Position numbers and translations under genes: made by a program. From NCBI GenBank assembly GCA_019358915.1, contig JAHHIM010000038.1:1-43901 (forward strand): a stretch of DNA of 43,901 bases, given 5' to 3'. Below, one piece after another: positions 40,189-43,901 of this stretch. Every line of letters begins with the position of its first letter. The first letter of the stretch is position 1. Below the pieces are notes generated by a model. That model saw nothing but the letters and a program-made list of their open reading frames with translations. It had not been told where the DNA came from and ran no database searches. Source of the stretch: Trichormus sp. ATA11-4-KO1 (lineage in GTDB: Bacteria > Cyanobacteriota > Cyanobacteriia > Cyanobacteriales > Nostocaceae).

Positions 40189-40537
40189 TCCTGTACACAT
40201 TACGCTATCTCCGTATATTTGGATATCTGTACTTACTCCGTCTGTACTACATTCACTACCCTATGAGAAAAAAATGTACCAACTTTCCGGGGTTTAAGAA
40301 TCAGATTATGTACACTCAGCTTCCTAACGTTCTGCTGAATCCCTTTCTAGCAAGCATTTCAGCGTTGTAGTACAACAGTAGCACATTAATCTATGGTTTT
40401 TGGCAATCTTTGAAAAGTCTATTTTTGGTAAATTCAGCAGAATGAATGTAGTCTGTCATTGAAGGCAAAAATTTAATGAATCCTTGTCTAACCAGTGTAT
40501 TTGGCTGTAATCAGCAACTATTCCGCAGGGCATTTTT

Positions 40538-40885
40538 TTAGAGGATTGACACGCGAGTTAGTTTTTGCTGTACTGAGTCTCTATGTATCTTTTTTAATGC
40601 TAATAATCTGGCATTTACATCAACTCCATAGCTTTGAAATGTCTGTTCAATCTGCTCACGGGTCATTTGGCAGAAGTCTTCCTTGCTGTTTCTCCCGTGT
40701 TTTAAACCTAAAAATATTTGCAGTTCTAAAATTTTTTGAACCTGTTCCCAACTCAGGTACTTGTTTCCAAAAAAATTTAAAGCCTTCAAATATTTGTTGA
40801 TGGTGTCCTTAGATTGAATTTTCAGTAAACTTCGGCATTGTTTTATGCTGATTTTCTCCATTGGCTGGTCGAACTGTTGAACCAT
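40538..40885 (-). CDS. Small HTH-like protein
   Basis: ISIKQCRSLLKIQSKDTINKYLKAL. Confidence 0.65.
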   Translation of the reverse strand: MVQQFDQPMEKISIKQCRSLLKIQSKDTINKYLKALNFFGNKYLSWEQVQKILELQIFLGLKHGRNSKEDFCQMTREQIEQTFQSYGVDVNARLLALKKIHRDSVQQKLTRVSIL

Positions 40886-40953
40886 AACTAAATATTAAAA
40901 TACCCACACTTGGTGGGCAAGCATTTGAATTGCACATTGTGCAGTTAATTATC

Positions 40954-41181
40954 TTAAGCTGCACAATGTGCAATCTTGATATATTTTTTTCTAGTCTCTG
41001 GATTAGTATTTAAAAATATATGCAGCCTATTTAACTCGTTTAATGTTCTTTGGCTGACTCGGCGATCGCCATTACTCCACTTGTCAACAATAGATGTGGA
41101 CACTCCCATTAATTCAGCAAGTGAACGATGATACATGGGATGTTTAATAAAAAAGTCGTTTAAACTTGTAATTTCTGTCAT
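40954..41181 (-). CDS. Cro/XRE-like HTH regulator
   Basis: LAELMGVSTSIVDKWSNGDR. Confidence 0.8.
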   Translation of the reverse strand: MTEITSLNDFFIKHPMYHRSLAELMGVSTSIVDKWSNGDRRVSQRTLNELNRLHIFLNTNPETRKKYIKIAHCAA

Positions 41182-41358
41182 AATGCAATCGCTCCTTACT
41201 ACAGGTGTAGTCTGTGGTTGGGAGAAGTCCCGATGACTAGCCTCATCGGGGCGTTCTTTTTATTCTGTACCATTTAGATACCTAAGATAGTCCATTTAGT
41301 GACTAAATAGTTGCCATTTGTCGATAAAATTAGAAGTATTGTTGCCATATTCCACATC

Positions 41359-41694
41359 ATGAGAAAACGTGATCGCCGATTTCCGGTAAATCTTCCTATT
41401 GTTAAAGAAATTCGTTTGTCTTTGTGGGGACATACCAGAGGTGTTTCTAAGACTCGTATGGCCGAAGCTATTTTAATTGATAGAGTGTCTAATGCAGATA
41501 ACTGGGATGAAGTTTGTAAAGATTTACAACAAGAAGCAGCCATACTGAAAATTCCCGTGGAGGAACTAATTAAACAAATACTCAAAGCTGATAAATACGA
41601 TGAATCTATTGATGTGGATGGCGTTGACTGGAGTTGTCTAATGGAAGATGGTGAAATTGAATTCCCGCAAGAAGAAGACGAACAGGTCGATTAA
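41359..41694 (+). CDS. Hypothetical protein (possible ribbon-helix-helix regulator/antitoxin)
   Basis: MRKRDRRFPVNLP..LSLWGHTRGVSKTRMAEAIL, acidic tail. Confidence 0.65.
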   Translation: MRKRDRRFPVNLPIVKEIRLSLWGHTRGVSKTRMAEAILIDRVSNADNWDEVCKDLQQEAAILKIPVEELIKQILKADKYDESIDVDGVDWSCLMEDGEIEFPQEEDEQVD

Positions 41695-41721
41695 AATTCT
41701 TTTGCCAGATAAGAAATTGTC

Positions 41722-42276
41722 ATGCCAACAACCGTAAAGCTAATTCGCGGTCAAGATAGCATCAATGTGGAAGCAGATTTAGTAGAGTTGACACAAAAAC
41801 ACGCTGATGAGTATACCGAACAGTGGAAAGAACAGTTAAGGCTGTACGAACAAGAAGATAAGTTTTGGGATTGGGAGTTTAAGCTTGAGTTTGTTATCAA
41901 TAGGCAACCAAACCGGGAAGGTTATGCTATCGAGTACAAAGGTGAAACCCAGGGTTTGATGATCATTGAAACTCAATTGCATGGTTCACGCTTGGCAGAA
42001 GGTCAACGGTTGATTTATGTTGATGGCATTGCTTCTGCTCCTTGGAATCGTGAGGTTATCCAACGTCCACCAAAGTATAAAGGTGTTGGCACTGCTTTAC
42101 TAAGCTTTGCTAGAACCCGTAGCCTAGAACTTGGTTTTGAGGGTAGAGTGGGACTACACTCTTTGCCTGGGGCAGAAAAATTTTATGAACGTCAAGACAT
42201 GATCGACTTGGGTGAAGATGAAGATTACGATGATTTGATTTACTTTGAGTACGGGTTATGGAGTTCTTCTAAATGA
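41722..42276 (+). CDS. GNAT-family acetyltransferase
   Basis: YVDGIASAPWN..YKGVGTALL..VGLHSLP.AEKFY. Confidence 0.85.
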   Translation: MPTTVKLIRGQDSINVEADLVELTQKHADEYTEQWKEQLRLYEQEDKFWDWEFKLEFVINRQPNREGYAIEYKGETQGLMIIETQLHGSRLAEGQRLIYVDGIASAPWNREVIQRPPKYKGVGTALLSFARTRSLELGFEGRVGLHSLPGAEKFYERQDMIDLGEDEDYDDLIYFEYGLWSSSK

Positions 42277-42288
42277 GGTGTCAGATCA

Positions 42289-42825
42289 ATGAATCAGCAC
42301 GAATTTCATGAAAATCACAATAACCCTGGACAAAATAACCAAGTAAATCCAATGGATTTATTACTTGATGAAGAATTTTTACGGCAAGCTGTGGAAGCTG
42401 AGGAGCTTGTCGGCGGTAACATTGGTGCTGGATTAGATTGGGGAAGTGCATTTGGCGACCTCATGCTTAACTTTGAACTTATGGGGCGTTTCACAACTTT
42501 ACGGATTTCCCTGAATAGAGAAGTCAGGTTGCTACTTAATGACTGGAATTTAGGTACAGCCACAAAAATAGCCGTTAAAACAGCAAGAGAAAGAATACTT
42601 GAAAAATTGAGATTGCCTACACCATTCGTAAGACAATCTCTACTTTTAGCTCTAAGGAACGATGAACTTTATGGTGAGGAGTTCATATCTAATCACGAAA
42701 TATTACACGAGTTACTAGAGTTATTATTGACACCTCAAGATTGGGAAAATATTGCCGCAGTAGCAGCAGATTCGCTCAAGCAGCAAATTATTTACCAAGC
42801 GGTTGGTGAGAAAATATCGGCATGA
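42289..42825 (+). CDS. Hypothetical protein
   Basis: 178 aa, GAGG SD, operonic with the GNAT gene. Confidence 0.75.
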   Translation: MNQHEFHENHNNPGQNNQVNPMDLLLDEEFLRQAVEAEELVGGNIGAGLDWGSAFGDLMLNFELMGRFTTLRISLNREVRLLLNDWNLGTATKIAVKTARERILEKLRLPTPFVRQSLLLALRNDELYGEEFISNHEILHELLELLLTPQDWENIAAVAADSLKQQIIYQAVGEKISA

Positions 42826-42877
42826 GTGCGATTTAAAACATGATCGAAGTAACACCAGAGCAGAAAATTTTTACACA

Positions 42878-43901
42878 AGAACTCTTGCATAAATATTTTT
42901 TGGTATAATGAAGGGTTATTTTTCTTGACGTTAAAGAAGTTAAAATAGCCACAATTTACAAAGTTTCTCATATTAACTGTTGCTGGAGAGTCCTTACTTA
43001 AAAAGTTGATATAGCAAACTGGTTCAGCAATTATTTATTTGCTGAATTAGGATGATTATTTCTGCTTTATTTAAGCTTTTAAAGCTAATTCATGATTGTA
43101 GATTCCGGCAATCAAATTAGACCTTAATCCAAATCTGCGATGGCGATTTCGGTATTGATTAGATAAAATATTGAATATTTTTAGCCGACGATTAACGTGT
43201 TCAACCACAATTCTTAATCGATTAAGTTCTCGATTAGATTGCTTCTGTTCTTTAGTCAATTTCTTACCTTTCAGTTTCTTAATCGGTGTTTCGCTTAATT
43301 GATGAATTTTCTTAATCCCTTGATAGCCTTTATCCGCGATAACTTTGAGCAATTCTCCAAATCTTACACCACTTGTTTTAAATAGCCGAAAATCATGATT
43401 TCTTCCCTTACCATGCCCTAGACAAATAACTTGACCGCTTTTTTGGCAAACTATTACTTGCGTTTTTAAAGTATGTTCTCCTTGTTTACCGCTAAAAAAT
43501 TTTTTTTGCCCTTTTTGTGGTCTTTCAATTGGACTTTCCATTACATCCATCACAACTAATGCTTCCTGTGATGACCTTTTTTGAATTCAAAATTCAAAAT
43601 TCAAAATGCAAAATGAAGAAGAAATAAAATTTTGTAATTGATTAATTCGCTCGTTCAAGCCCCTGCCATAATCTTTGATTTGGCAGTCTTAAATTAGTGG
43701 CGAGTTCAAGCTCCCACTAATTGTCTTTAATTTTGAATTAATAATTTTGAATTTTGAATTGGAGCGAAGCGACTTGACATTTTTAATAGCTCTTTCTTAC
43801 CAGGTAGGCTGAACTTTCTTGAACTGATCAATATATTTTCAATTTTGTAAACTGTTCGACATACTGCGGATTCTGAAAGTCCCCAATCTAATCCAATGTG
43901 A
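42878..43901 (-). mobile_element. IS5-family (IS702/ISL2-like) element, running off the window; transposase interrupted
   Basis: End AGAACTCTTGCATAA at ~42878; HIGLDWGLSES..LPGKKELLKM|SSQEALVVMDVMESPIERP..HD..ADKGYQG..RIVVEH. Confidence 0.88.
43576..43778 (+). mobile_element. 203-bp heptamer-armed IS200/IS605-like non-autonomous element (TGAC|CTTTTTTGAA...GCGACTTGAC)
   Basis: Same termini as 32330-32615, double-hairpin core, removal restores the transposase frame. Confidence 0.9.

Noticed and set aside
43576..43778. Self-splicing group I/II intron
   Set aside because: Too short, and no group I core or group II domain V/terminal motifs recognised

Overview
This window is part of a large plasmid from a filamentous heterocystous cyanobacterium (Nostoc/Anabaena-like). 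The assignment rests on frequent HIP1 sites (GCGATCGC), heptamer STRR arrays, SDR-type mini-insertions and a CyRepA1-type replication protein. Backbone genes include Rep, a type IA topoisomerase, a KilA-N protein, XRE regulators, a group-2 sigma factor, a SLOG protein, an FtsK/SpoIIIE operon, and fragments of RecD2 and a VirD4/TraD-like protein. Three signals stand out. (1) A 1583-aa ORF carries, in the expected order, the core motifs of a single-chain two-barrel (cellular RdRP/YonO-like) RNA polymerase. (2) A family of 116-286 bp non-coding insertions interrupts five genes. They have heptamer arms and a covarying double-hairpin core, and their tetranucleotide 'guides' predict the observed end and target tetranucleotides under the IS608 (IS200/IS605) pairing rule. 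(3) Three divergent four-helix-bundle (23S-IVP/Avd-like) genes sit at gene junctions of one operon, each enclosed by its own inverted heptamer array. All family calls come from motif recognition by eye; no database search was run.
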